Positions 1 through 9,983 of a stretch of DNA of 64,000 nt are shown here, piece by piece. The position numbers and the translations under genes were made by a program. The stretch is from positions 1,191,866 through 1,255,865 of the forward strand of contig CBDBHR010000030.1 of assembly GCA_965205865.1 (NCBI GenBank). Direction: 5' to 3'. The first letter of the stretch is position 1, and every line of letters begins with the position of its first letter. The DNA comes from a bacterium (GTDB taxonomy: Bacteria > SAR324 > NAC60-12). The notes under the pieces were generated by a model. The model ran no database searches. It saw only the letters and a program-made list of their open reading frames with translations, and was not told the DNA's origin.

Positions 1-770
1 TTTTTCGCTTCGTTTTACTGTCCTTTTTACCTGTCTCAAAAGCAATCATCTTAGAGAGCTTATTCATCTCCTTGATGAGGAAATCAAAATTTCTTTCACT
101 GATCTCAGCGATTCCAAATGTATCAAGGGAACGCCCTCGATGGTAGCTTCGCTCCACGAGACGAGTCAATATCGACGAATCAGTAGGCCAAGCTGTATTT
201 CCTTTTACAGAGGTGCTATCCAGTTTTAAAATATCAAAATCGTCCAACTCTTCATCGAGAACCATTCGAATTTGAGCATCGAAAATAAACTGTCTGCTCT
301 CGTTGCTGACAGCATTGACATTATCAAGGATTGTACTCGCTCCCGGCATTTTCAATCCACGGTTGAGCAGAAGCAGATGCAGTGTGATTGACTCTGAAAG
401 AAATATTTGGGCCGTTTGGGATTTGATACTTCCTAAATATCCCCGAATCATCATAAAAAGGTAGACTAAAAAAGCCGACATCCGAGGACACCCTATTTCC
501 AGCCTCAGTTCTTCCGGCTTCAATTCCTCATCTTCTACGGGAAGATGAGGAAGCCATGGATTCCGGGCTTCCTGCCATCGTTTATCCTCTAAACGCTCTT
601 TCTTTTTATTTCTTGCGTATTTCTCCAAATCCTGTTCAATTTTGTCCAATATCTCCGGCTCTCGCTCAGACAATTGATCAAGTTCTGATAAGAAATTTTC
701 AAATTCTGTATCAGGAGCGCTTAAAAAAAGATGTTTTTCTGCTCGAATGAATGGTTTCATTTTGGGTGCC
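1..770 (-). CDS. DDE-type transposase, 5' portion (runs off left edge of window); IS4/IS1380-like, family uncertain
   Basis: My own reverse-strand translation from the ATG at 770 gives an uninterrupted >256 aa frame to position 1 (MAPKMKPFIRAEKHLFL...KLDSTSVKGNTAWPTDSSILTRLVERS...). It is absent from the supplied ORF track, presumably because it has no stop inside the window. The DSTxV...WPTDSxL motif is typical of the first catalytic-D region of DDE transposases. Confidence 0.45.
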
Positions 771-913
771 ATAATTCTTAATATTGAAGTTATTCACAGT
801 TATTTCAATGAATTATGGCACTTTTTAACCTCAAGTTTAAAGATATAATTCTAAAAAATACCTTTTCGGCTAGGATCTAGCTAATAACACAACAGCGAAA
901 GCCTGACGCCATC

Positions 914-2097
914 CTAGTGTATTGCCTGTTTAATACATTGTATTATTGGTCATTTGGTAGACAGGTTTGAGTTTGTTGATAATTTCTTCGGCAGTTTTAG
1001 TCCAGACATAGGGTTTTGGGTTGCGATTGTGTGTCTCGATGTAACTATGGATGGCTTCGGTCAACTCGAGCACGCTTTTGAAGGCGCCTCGTCGAATCCG
1101 TTCTGCAGTGATCTTGCCAAAAAAGCGTTCCACCATGTTCAGCCATGAGGAGGAAGTAGGAATGAAATGCGGGTGAAATCGCGGGTGTTTTTTGAGCCAT
1201 TCTTTCACCTTAAGATGTTTGTGGGTGGCGTAATTGTCCAGGATCAAGTGTACCTGCAGTTGCTTCGAGGTAGTCTTGTCAATAAGACGCAGGAAGCGCA
1301 GATACTCTTGGTGTCGGTGCCGTTTTTCACAGCGAGCGAGCACTTCCCCTGTCTGCGTATTCAAAGCAGTAAACAGACAGCAGGTGCCATGACGGATATA
1401 ATCATGAGTTCTGGTGCCATTGCGCCCTGGTTTCAGTGGCAGACCTGGCTGGGTGCGATCGAGTGCCTGGATTTGTGATTTCTCATCGACGCTCAAGACC
1501 AGCGCTTTCTCAGGAGGATTCATGTACAAACCGATGACATCTTTCAGTTTCGCAGTGAAATGCTTATCATGCGACAACTTAAATGTTTTTTCCAGATGAG
1601 GCTTGAGGCGATGGGCCTTCCATACTTTACCGACGGTTGTCTTGCCTACGCCAACTGCCTTGGCCATCGATCGCGTGCTCCAATGGGTACGGTCCTCAGG
1701 CTTCTCTTCAATGGTTTTCTTCACAATCTCCTCGATTTTATCCGCTCCATAAATGCGTGTCCTGCCAGGCCGCGGATCATCATTGAGACCTGTTATTCCT
1801 TTTTCAACAAAGCGCCGTCGCCACTTTCCAACGGCATTACCGCTGGTTCCAAGCGTTTTGGCAATTTCTTGATTCTTAAGGCCATCAGCAGCCAACAGGA
1901 TGATGCGCGCACGACGAGTGTCTCGCATCGCTCCGGTATGACGGCGTGCGGTTTTGCCCAATTCATCCCGTTCTTCCCGGGTCAGTTTTATACTTGGTGC
2001 TTTTCTCATGCTGTCTCCATATATGCAAAAAAAAGGACAGCTCGTAGTATAGCAAACCAAGGATTTTTTTACACATTAATAAAAGAGCGACACACTA
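914..2097 (-). mobile_element. IS630-family insertion sequence, full length, TA-flanked
   Basis: Single transposase ORF with HTH + DDE. Ends are ctagtgtattgcctgtttaatac... / ...gagcgacacactag (imperfect TIR, terminal CTAGTGT/ACACTAG). Both ends are shared with a second, deleted copy at 17197-17658. TA at both junctions, as expected for IS630/Tc1. Confidence 0.8.
930..2009 (-). CDS. IS630-family transposase (HTH + DDE)
   Basis: MRKAPSIKLTREERDELGK...LLAADGLKNQEIAKTLG (HTH) ... LVLSVDEKSQIQAL ... HLILDNYATHKH ... WLNMVERFFG. This is the classic IS630/Tc1 transposase architecture. Start taken at MRK rather than the upstream extension. Confidence 0.85.
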   Translation of the reverse strand: MRKAPSIKLTREERDELGKTARRHTGAMRDTRRARIILLAADGLKNQEIAKTLGTSGNAVGKWRRRFVEKGITGLNDDPRPGRTRIYGADKIEEIVKKTIEEKPEDRTHWSTRSMAKAVGVGKTTVGKVWKAHRLKPHLEKTFKLSHDKHFTAKLKDVIGLYMNPPEKALVLSVDEKSQIQALDRTQPGLPLKPGRNGTRTHDYIRHGTCCLFTALNTQTGEVLARCEKRHRHQEYLRFLRLIDKTTSKQLQVHLILDNYATHKHLKVKEWLKKHPRFHPHFIPTSSSWLNMVERFFGKITAERIRRGAFKSVLELTEAIHSYIETHNRNPKPYVWTKTAEEIINKLKPVYQMTNNTMY

Positions 2098-2122
2098 GCA
2101 TAGGGTGCTGCTCACCTTGAGG

Positions 2123-3261
2123 TTATCGCCAGGTTTCAAAGGGGTCACCTTTTTCTTCCAGGGGAAACGGGACCCGAGCTCCCTTAATGTGAGACACACG
2201 GGCCGCTATGGCCATTTCGGTGCCGATGCGGGCGGCGGGACCCAGACAAAGTTCATATTCCGGGGTTTTTCCATCAATCATGTCTATCATGGCACGGGCC
2301 ATGCGGTGATGGGCATTGAGCCATTTTTCCGGGCCAGAGAGGGTATTGTCTACCAGCACCTCCCAGAGATCATCTCCGGGAAGGGTCGGGTGAGGATGAG
2401 GGTGGTAATAGATGTCCGGTCCATCCCAGATCGCGCCAGGGAGAAAGAGAGTACCTTCGGTGCCATGGATTTCGATACCATACAGGGAGGCTCTTCCCCG
2501 CTCCTGACCTTGGTTGGAACCCAGGATGGAGACAAATTCGACAATGAACCCATCAAATTGGTAGTGTGCCAAAAGTCCATTTCCTGCAGTCCTTTTTACT
2601 CCAAAGGCCCCGGTGGTGAGGTCTGCGGGAGTTGCCGGCCGGCCATCCAGGGTGATGAGTGACTGGCACCAGAGGGGGGTTCCAAAAATTTGACAGATGA
2701 AATCGTAGTGATGTGGAAAGAGATCGAACATCCACTGGTCCCCGCTAAACACATTCCAATCTCCATATTCAGGAGCCCAAGCCGGACAGGGGCCGTGAAT
2801 CCGAGCCCATTGCGGGATTCCAATTTTTCCCTTCCGGATCAGCGGAATTGCCTTTTTTTGAATCTCCGGATGCCCCCGCCAGGGAAGTGCTGTCACCAGC
2901 AGAACGCCTGCGTTCTCACACGCCTCCATCATTGCATCCACAGCTCCCACGGTGGCGGCGAGTGGTTTTTCGACATAAACATGGGCGCCATGTTCGGCTG
3001 CCGCCAACACCATGGGCAGATGAATGTTCAATTCATGGGAGCGATCACCACAACGTCCGGTTTTTCGGTCTTCAACATTTCATGATAATCGGCATAGCCT
3101 GTGGCGGCTCCCGTGAGTTCCATATATTTTTGGCGCCCCGCTTCATCCGGGTCGGCCAAAGCAACGATCTCGGCGCCTGCCACGCTCACAAAGGCCTGGT
3201 CGAAATGATGCCCATAGCCTCCATTGCCTGTTTCACCAATAATTGCTACTCGTTTGCTCAT
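2123..3261 (-). pseudogene. Gfo/Idh/MocA-family oxidoreductase, split by a -1 frameshift in a C/G homopolymer (about 3027-3030)
   Basis: The N-terminal piece (3028..3261) and C-terminal piece (2123..3031) together align end-to-end with the intact paralog at 8678-9814. At the junction CCCATGAATTGAAC reads PMN* where the paralog has PHELN; one extra C restores the frame. Confidence 0.7.
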
Positions 3262-3414
3262 GTGTCTTCTCCAGTTGAGTTTGTAAGGATTGTTTAGTCA
3301 GGAATGGGGGTGAGCAGCCAGTCCGGTTTTACTAGATACTGGTTCCATGTCCCGGAGCGGTCTTCTGAGCCAAGGGTGCCATCCTTGATAAAATCAATGT
3401 TTTTTCTATTTCTA

Positions 3415-4353
3415 TCACCTCGCTTTCAGGGTGGTTTTTTTCACCGAGCCGTAGCCCCCGCTCTTGCCACGCAGACGTGGATCGAGCAGGTCCCTCAGGG
3501 CGTCCCCAAAGACATTGGCGCTATACACCACCGCGGTCAGGCAAAGACCGGGAAACCAGGCCAGTCTCGGGTGTCCTTCCATGAACATGCGGCCTTCCCA
3601 ACTGAGCATCCGTCCCCAGGAGGGGGTTTGGGGTGGCAATCCAAAGCCGAGGAAGCTCAATGCCGCTTCTCCCAAGATCATACCTCCGATGCTGGTGGTG
3701 AAGATGATGAGGATGGGGGCGGTCACATTGGGCAGAATATAGCGCAGCAGCGTTCTCCCGGTGGAGCAACCGGCGGCCTTGGCGGATTCGACATAGGGTA
3801 TCGCTTTGACCGCAATGACTGCGCTGCGCACCACCCGTGACTGGGTGATGCCGACATAGAGACCCATCAGCAGGATGATCTCCACCAACCCCCTGCCAAA
3901 AATCGAGACAAAGGTGACCAAATACAACAATCCCGGAAAGGCATACCAGGCGTCGACAAAGCGCTGGATCACCATGTCGGCTTTGCCGCCAAAATATCCG
4001 GAAAGGCCTCCAACCAGGGAGGCAATCACCACAGCGACCAGACTGCCGCCAAGGCCTACACTGAGTGAGATGCGGGCTCCGTAGATCAGACGGCTGTAGA
4101 AATCCCGGCCATAGCTGTCAGTGCCCAACAGATGTTCCACCGAGGGCCCTTTCAGTCGTTTGACCAACCGCTGTCTGTTGACATCGTGTGTGGCCAACAC
4201 TGGGGCAAACAAGGCCACGATGACCATGAAAAGCAAAATCGTCAGACCGATCGTCCCCAAGAGTTTCTCCCGGAACAGCCGTCTGAAAAAATCCACAACC
4301 ACCGACCGGGATTTGTGTTCAAAAGTGGCTTCAGAAGGGTTGAAATCGGTCAT
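3415..4353 (-). CDS. ABC transporter permease, DppC/OppC-like (cluster 1)
   Basis: Multi-TM protein; conserved LLGTDSYGRD, SLSVGL and GDALRDLLDPRLR permease motifs. Confidence 0.85.
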   Translation of the reverse strand: MTDFNPSEATFEHKSRSVVVDFFRRLFREKLLGTIGLTILLFMVIVALFAPVLATHDVNRQRLVKRLKGPSVEHLLGTDSYGRDFYSRLIYGARISLSVGLGGSLVAVVIASLVGGLSGYFGGKADMVIQRFVDAWYAFPGLLYLVTFVSIFGRGLVEIILLMGLYVGITQSRVVRSAVIAVKAIPYVESAKAAGCSTGRTLLRYILPNVTAPILIIFTTSIGGMILGEAALSFLGFGLPPQTPSWGRMLSWEGRMFMEGHPRLAWFPGLCLTAVVYSANVFGDALRDLLDPRLRGKSGGYGSVKKTTLKAR

Positions 4354-4433
4354 GTTTTGCCTTCTATTGTGTTTTCATCTATCAGCGGTCAGCGATCAGT
4401 CCCCTGAAAGCTGAAAGCTGGTAACTGATACAG

Positions 4434-5384
4434 CTACCTGTAATGTATTCGTGGATCGAGCCAGGCGTATGCGATGTCCACCAGAAAATTCACCAGCACC
4501 AGGAAGGTGCCGACTATCATGTTGATGCCGGACACCGCGGGATAATCCCGTGAAAAGATGGAGTCGATCATCAACGTGCCCAGCCCAGGAAGGGCGAAAA
4601 CGGTCTCGATGATCACCGCCCCTCCTACCATCCAGGGTATTTGGGTGCCCACGACGGTGATGACCGGGATTAAGGCGTTTTTGAGGGCATGGCGCACGAC
4701 CACCACCCGCTCCCGCAAACCTTTGGCCCAGGCGGTGCGGATGTAGTCCTGCCGGAGCACCTCCAGCATCATGGTGCGCATCATCCGCATCGTCATGCCG
4801 CTGATCAGCAACCCCAACACCGTGCCGGGTACCAGGATCATCACCAGATGCCCCAGCGGATCCTCGGACCAGCGGATCATGGTCACCGAGGGAGCCCAGC
4901 CAAACCACAGGACAGGGTAGATCATCACGAGGATGGCGATAAAGAACTCGGGTGTGGAAATGAAAAGGATGGAGATGCTGCGGGTAATATAATCGCCGGC
5001 GGTGTCCTGCCGCAAGGCGGAATAGATTCCGATGGGCAACCCAAAGAGGAGGGAAACCAGCAAGGCGACAAAACCGAGTTCCAGGGTCGGGATGCTGCGC
5101 GGGAAGATTTTTTCAGTCACCGGCCTCTGGTTATCCAGGGAGCGCCCAAAATCGGCATGAAGCAAAATGCCGCGTATCCAGCGGATATATTGTACATGGA
5201 TCGGCACATCCACCCCCAGCTGACGCGCAATCTGCTCCCGATCAAACCCCGCGGTGCGATACTTGCTCAACATGATGGAAACGATATCCCCTGGGAGAAA
5301 ACGCACGGCAATAAAGACGATGGTGCTGAAAAAGAAGAGGGTGGGGATGAGGAGCAGCAATCGCCTGATGATATATCCACGCAT
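4434..5384 (-). CDS. ABC transporter permease, DppB/OppB-like (cluster 1)
   Basis: MRGYIIRRLLLLIPTLF... and ...MRMMRTMMLEVLRQDYIRTAWAKGL are characteristic DppB/OppB motifs. Confidence 0.85.
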   Translation of the reverse strand: MRGYIIRRLLLLIPTLFFFSTIVFIAVRFLPGDIVSIMLSKYRTAGFDREQIARQLGVDVPIHVQYIRWIRGILLHADFGRSLDNQRPVTEKIFPRSIPTLELGFVALLVSLLFGLPIGIYSALRQDTAGDYITRSISILFISTPEFFIAILVMIYPVLWFGWAPSVTMIRWSEDPLGHLVMILVPGTVLGLLISGMTMRMMRTMMLEVLRQDYIRTAWAKGLRERVVVVRHALKNALIPVITVVGTQIPWMVGGAVIIETVFALPGLGTLMIDSIFSRDYPAVSGINMIVGTFLVLVNFLVDIAYAWLDPRIHYR

Positions 5385-5523
5385 TGGGTTCCTCTTACTT
5401 GAAATGGGCGTAGGCGCCTACGTTGAGATTAAGCCGCGACATCTTTTCTTTCCGCTTTAAAAATTCCCACGCTCCATCCGCATACGGGTAGAGCGTGGGA
5501 ACGAGGTCAAATGAAACAAAGAG

Positions 5524-7254
5524 CTAGAAGCCCATTTCCTTTTTGAGGTCTTGATCAATCCAGATGCGGGCATACACGGGGCCTTCTCGCATCAATCCCA
5601 GGAGGATTTCACCATCAAAACCGCCAATGTAAGGATGCCAGACTTGAAAATTCGCATGGGGCAGCAGCGACACTTGATAATGCTGTTCGGTCCAACGCCG
5701 GGTGACCGCCTTCATGGCTTTGACAAAGTCCTCATGAGTCTTGGCGTTGATTGCGGCGTCCATCAAAATTTCCATGGTGGGATCTTTCAATAAGTTATAG
5801 ATGCAACAGGAGGTGGTTCTGGGATCGAATTGCAGCGTTGCCCACAAGAGCGGGTCAATATTCACTGCGGCCCAACCGTAGTGGAGTTCATAACCTGCAC
5901 GGGTTTCGGAGATCATCGTCCAAAAATCCCCCCACTCCATCTCGATGATCTCGGCCTCAATGCCAATCTCGCGAAGATAGCCCGTAGCGATCTGGACGAT
6001 GTTCCAATCCTGTTCCTGCCGCGCGGCATGGATGGTGGTCTTGAATCCGTTGGGGTAGCCCGCATCGGCCAGGAGCCGCTTGGCTCCTTCCGGGTTGTAC
6101 TCATAAGCTTCCCGGATATGCTTCGGCATCTCACTCAAGGGAGTAAAAAATTCCGCAGCTGATTCTCCCAGGGCCGGATAGATGATAGGAGGCACATGCC
6201 CCTGGTAATATTCCGAGGACATCTCCTCGTAATTCATGGCCATCTGCATCGCTTTACGGACCCTTTGGTCGGCCCAGGGATGGTTCGGATCGTCAAACAA
6301 ATACCCGATTGCCCAGGATTCCAAAACCCAGCTCTTCACCTGAATGTCCGGGTGGGTCTTTTTGAGCAGATTAAATTCCTCAATGTTGAGCGCAGCGATG
6401 TTGCCTTTGCCAATATGGTCGACCTGACCGGTGCGAATCGCAGCCATGCGGGTGGCTGTCTCTTTGATGATCAGCCAGCGGACTTGATCCAAAAAGGGCA
6501 GCTTGTACTGTGGATCCAATTCATAGCTTCCCCAGTAGTCCGGATTTTTCTCCCAGGTGACCGAACTGCCTTCTTGATAATCTTTGAGCATCCAGGCCCC
6601 TGTGCCGACTTGTTCTTTCCAATCGGTCAAGTCACCATGTTCTTTCGGGAAGATTTTGTCCGCATTAGACTGCGTGAGAAAAGTATTTTCGAGATGGATG
6701 CTGGGCTTATGCTTGATGACCACCGTATACTCATCTCTGGCCTCAACAGATTTGATACCATAGGGATCCCACGTTTGTCCTCCCTTGGAAGCTTCCGTAA
6801 AACCCGACCCTAGCCCCAGGAGCCGGTGAAAGGAGTAGACGACGTCCTTCGCCGTCATTTCTCTTCCATTGGTCGGGGGTCTGTTATGAAAGTGAATCCC
6901 TTTGCGCAGGTAAAACACCATGGTTTCAGGATCTTCTATTTCATAACGTTCGGCCACCCAAGTGGTACCGCACGCCTTGACCGAATAGTCTATCGTCCAG
7001 GGACACTGATCGCGGGGTTTGCTCCAGTCGCCAAAACCGAGTTGCTCATAGACATAGCTGGGTTGCGGGTTTAAATCAATGTGCGGATCCCAACTGGTGA
7101 TGGTATGGCCCACCGTGGTGAACGTCCCTCCATATTGAGGAGTCTTTGTGGCCATCTTCTGGCCCAAAGTGAAAGTGGGGAAGATCAACAGGATCACCCC
7201 CAATGCAATGAAACCATAAATTCGTTTGAACATGAAATTTTTCAGTACAGACAT
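5524..7254 (-). CDS. ABC transporter substrate-binding protein, family 5 (peptide/nickel/opine type), cluster 1
   Basis: Signal peptide, 576 aa. Shares the QYGGTF, KAMQMA and C-terminal WIDQDLKKEMGF signature with the two other SBP paralogs in the window. Confidence 0.85.
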   Translation of the reverse strand: MSVLKNFMFKRIYGFIALGVILLIFPTFTLGQKMATKTPQYGGTFTTVGHTITSWDPHIDLNPQPSYVYEQLGFGDWSKPRDQCPWTIDYSVKACGTTWVAERYEIEDPETMVFYLRKGIHFHNRPPTNGREMTAKDVVYSFHRLLGLGSGFTEASKGGQTWDPYGIKSVEARDEYTVVIKHKPSIHLENTFLTQSNADKIFPKEHGDLTDWKEQVGTGAWMLKDYQEGSSVTWEKNPDYWGSYELDPQYKLPFLDQVRWLIIKETATRMAAIRTGQVDHIGKGNIAALNIEEFNLLKKTHPDIQVKSWVLESWAIGYLFDDPNHPWADQRVRKAMQMAMNYEEMSSEYYQGHVPPIIYPALGESAAEFFTPLSEMPKHIREAYEYNPEGAKRLLADAGYPNGFKTTIHAARQEQDWNIVQIATGYLREIGIEAEIIEMEWGDFWTMISETRAGYELHYGWAAVNIDPLLWATLQFDPRTTSCCIYNLLKDPTMEILMDAAINAKTHEDFVKAMKAVTRRWTEQHYQVSLLPHANFQVWHPYIGGFDGEILLGLMREGPVYARIWIDQDLKKEMGF

Positions 7255-7306
7255 AGCTTACTCCTTAATGTAATAAATTATTAGATACTCCTCGTCCTTC
7301 AGCAAT

Positions 7307-7505
7307 GAAGAATTCGGCAAAATCAAGAATTAAAAATTCCCAAAAACCTTCCCCTTTTCTCTGGGGAACGGAGATAAATTACCTCAACTAAAAGGTGGGC
7401 TTCAAGAAAAAAAGAAGAATTCGGCAAAATCAAGAATTAAAAATTCCCAAAAACCTTCCCCCTTTTCTCTGGGGAACGGGGATAAAGTACCCCAACTAAA
7501 GAGAG
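7307..7505. repeat. Tandem direct repeat, ~107-bp unit x2, in the divergent intergenic region
   Basis: gaagaattcggcaaaatcaagaattaaaaattcccaaaaaccttcccc(c)ttttctctggggaacgg.gataaa.tacc.caactaaa occurs at 7307-7395 and again at 7414-7502. Confidence 0.8.
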
Positions 7506-7678
7506 ATGTCAAAAAAAAAAAGAGGGAATTGGGATTGACTATTTTCTTTGATGATTTTATAAAAAAAATTGAATGGGACACCGCCCATCCCCCTTGAAGG
7601 AGTTGGGGGCCGTCTCACTCAAAGATTTCAACATATTCTAGTAAAAGTCAGCAGATACAACCATACAAGGAGAAAACA

Positions 7679-8530
7679 ATGACAGAAAACACAGGGAGAC
7701 TGGCCGGAAAAGTCGCAATTGTCACAGGTGGTAATAGTGGCATGGGGGCTGGTACCGTAGAATTATTTGTGAAAGAAGGCGCCCGTGTGGCAATTGCGGC
7801 CCGGGGAGAGGAAGCCGGACTATCCCTGGCGCATCGGCTTGGGGATAATGCGATATTTCATCGCACCGATGTCTCTGATGAAACGAGTGTGAAATCGCTG
7901 GTCGAAGTAACCATGGCCAAGTGGGGAAGGGTGGATGCGCTGTTCAACAATGCTGGGATTGGGCAGAAACACGTCCCGGTGGAAGAATTCACGATGGAGG
8001 ATTTCGAGACGCTCTTTAAAATCAATCTAGCCTCTTGTTACCTCGGCATCAAATACGCTGCACCAATTATGAAACAGCAAGGCAGGGGCAGCATTATCAA
8101 CAACGGCAGCACCGCCGGGGTTACCACCGATGGTTCGGGCCCCCTCTATAGCGGTACCAAAGCCGCAGTGATCCATATGACAAAGGTCTGGGCGGTCGAA
8201 TTAGCCGAACATGGTATCCGGGTCAATTGCATTTCTCCGGGGGCGGTCGTCACCCCGATCTTTTGGGGCGGGCATCATACTCAATCTGATGAAGAAAACG
8301 CCACTCGGGCGCAACGGCTTACCAAATTTTTTGATGAGAATGTAGGGCTCAAACGAGCAGGCACCCCGGAAGACATTGCCTACGCCGCCTTGTATTTAGC
8401 CAGTGATGAGAGCCTTCACACCACAGGTCTCAATTTGCGTGTGGATTCCGGATTGACGTGCCACAATCGCCCCTGGCAAGACCTTATGGAACGTAGGCGA
8501 AGGATTGCTCAACAAATCGAAGAGGAGTAA
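7679..8530 (+). CDS. SDR-family short-chain dehydrogenase/reductase
   Basis: TGGNSGMG Rossmann motif, NNAG, and the YSGTK catalytic Y-x3-K. Confidence 0.85.
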   Translation: MTENTGRLAGKVAIVTGGNSGMGAGTVELFVKEGARVAIAARGEEAGLSLAHRLGDNAIFHRTDVSDETSVKSLVEVTMAKWGRVDALFNNAGIGQKHVPVEEFTMEDFETLFKINLASCYLGIKYAAPIMKQQGRGSIINNGSTAGVTTDGSGPLYSGTKAAVIHMTKVWAVELAEHGIRVNCISPGAVVTPIFWGGHHTQSDEENATRAQRLTKFFDENVGLKRAGTPEDIAYAALYLASDESLHTTGLNLRVDSGLTCHNRPWQDLMERRRRIAQQIEEE

Positions 8531-8677
8531 TCAGAGAAAATCTAAATGTCCCTCTTTAGCAAACTTGACAATGGACACATCTCATATTCTCTTGAATTGA
8601 CAGAGATCTTTCTTCTTTGTCAAACGGGGGAGTATTTCCTTCAGACAACTTAAAAAATCATTAAAAAAGGAGAATAA

Positions 8678-9814
8678 ATGACTAAGCGTATTGCTATTAT
8701 CGGAGATACCCACAATGGAGGCTATGGTCATAATAATGATCTGGCCTTTGTCGGCGTGGAGGGCTCGGAAATCGTCGCCTTGGCCGATCCGGATGAGTCG
8801 GGGCGAAAAAAATACATGGAACGTACAGGAGCAGCTAAAGGATATGCCGATTACGCGGAGATGTTGAAGATCGAGAAACCGGATATTGCGGTGATCACAC
8901 CGCATGAATTGAACAACCACCTGCCGATGGTATTGGCTGCTACGGAGAATGGGGCCCATTCCTATGTGGAAAAACCTCTCGCTGCCACCGTAGATGCGGT
9001 GGATGAGATGATCGAGGCGTGTGAAAAAGCCGGGGTTTTGCTGGTGACCGCTCTTCCCTGGCGGGGACATCCGGAGATTCAAAAAAAGGCCATTCCGCTA
9101 ATCAAGGAAGGAAAAATCGGAGACCCACAATGGGCACGGATTCACGGCAACTGTCCAAGCTGGGCTCCTGAGTATGGACATTGGGATGCGTATGGCGGGG
9201 ATCAGTGGATGATCGATCTCTATCCCCATCACTTCAATTTCATCTGTCAAATTTTTGGCAAACCCCTCTGGTGTCAGTCATTCCTCACCCAGGGGGGCCG
9301 GCCGGCCACTCCCACTGACCTCACTACGGGTGCATTTGGAGTCAAAAAAACTGCGGGAGATGGGATTTTAGCCCACTACCAATTTGAAAGCGCCATTGTT
9401 GAATTTATCGCTATCCTGGGCAGCAACCGTGGTCTGGAGCGAGGAAATTCTACCCTGTATGGTGTCGAAATCCACGGCACCGAAGGCACCTTCTTTCTTC
9501 CAGGCGCGATTGTTGATGGCCCCGATGTATTTTATCATCCCCATCCCCACCCCACTCTGCCTGGTGATGATCTCTGGGAAGTGTTGGTGAACAATTCCAT
9601 GTCGGGTACGGAAAAATGGATCAATTCCCATCACAACATGGCCCGTGCGATGATTGACCTGATTGATGGAAAAACCCCAGAATACGAACTCTGTTTTGGG
9701 CCTTCCGCCCGCGTTGACACCGAAATGGCCATGGCCGCCCGTTTGTTTCACATCAAAGGCGCCCGAATACACTTTCCCCTGAAGGAAACTGGTGATCCTT
9801 TTGATAGTTGGTAA
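8678..9814 (+). CDS. Gfo/Idh/MocA-family oxidoreductase (intact paralog of the frameshifted copy at 2123-3261)
   Basis: N-terminal Rossmann fold IAIIGDTHNGGYGH, the EKPLA motif, and a C-terminal alpha/beta domain. Roughly 80% identical to the split copy. Confidence 0.85.
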   Translation: MTKRIAIIGDTHNGGYGHNNDLAFVGVEGSEIVALADPDESGRKKYMERTGAAKGYADYAEMLKIEKPDIAVITPHELNNHLPMVLAATENGAHSYVEKPLAATVDAVDEMIEACEKAGVLLVTALPWRGHPEIQKKAIPLIKEGKIGDPQWARIHGNCPSWAPEYGHWDAYGGDQWMIDLYPHHFNFICQIFGKPLWCQSFLTQGGRPATPTDLTTGAFGVKKTAGDGILAHYQFESAIVEFIAILGSNRGLERGNSTLYGVEIHGTEGTFFLPGAIVDGPDVFYHPHPHPTLPGDDLWEVLVNNSMSGTEKWINSHHNMARAMIDLIDGKTPEYELCFGPSARVDTEMAMAARLFHIKGARIHFPLKETGDPFDSW

Positions 9815-9819
9815 CAGAT

Positions 9820-9842
9820 AAGGGGTTAAGTCTTGACCCCTT
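9820..9842 (+). terminator. Possible stem-loop terminator after the Gfo/Idh/MocA gene
   Basis: aaggggttaagtcttgacccctt forms a 6-bp GC-rich stem immediately after the TAA stop. There is no clear U-tract, so this is weak. Confidence 0.3.
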
Positions 9843-9983
9843 CAGACCCCGTCATGATATGAAAAAAAGTGGTCTTTCTGGAAAAAGAGAATTTTACCCT
9901 GAAAGCCACTGATTCATCCTGTGCTTAATTCCAGGCGTCAATTTTTTGGATAAACAAATAATGAACCATTAAAAGGAATATAT

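Noticed and set aside
4396-5402. Long antisense or alternate-frame ORFs (4396..4908, 4689..5402) inside the GC-rich permease genes; the same pattern occurs at 31750..32417 and 61895..62487
   Set aside because: R/H/G/P-rich translations typical of high-GC shadow frames, fully overlapping well-supported permease CDSs.
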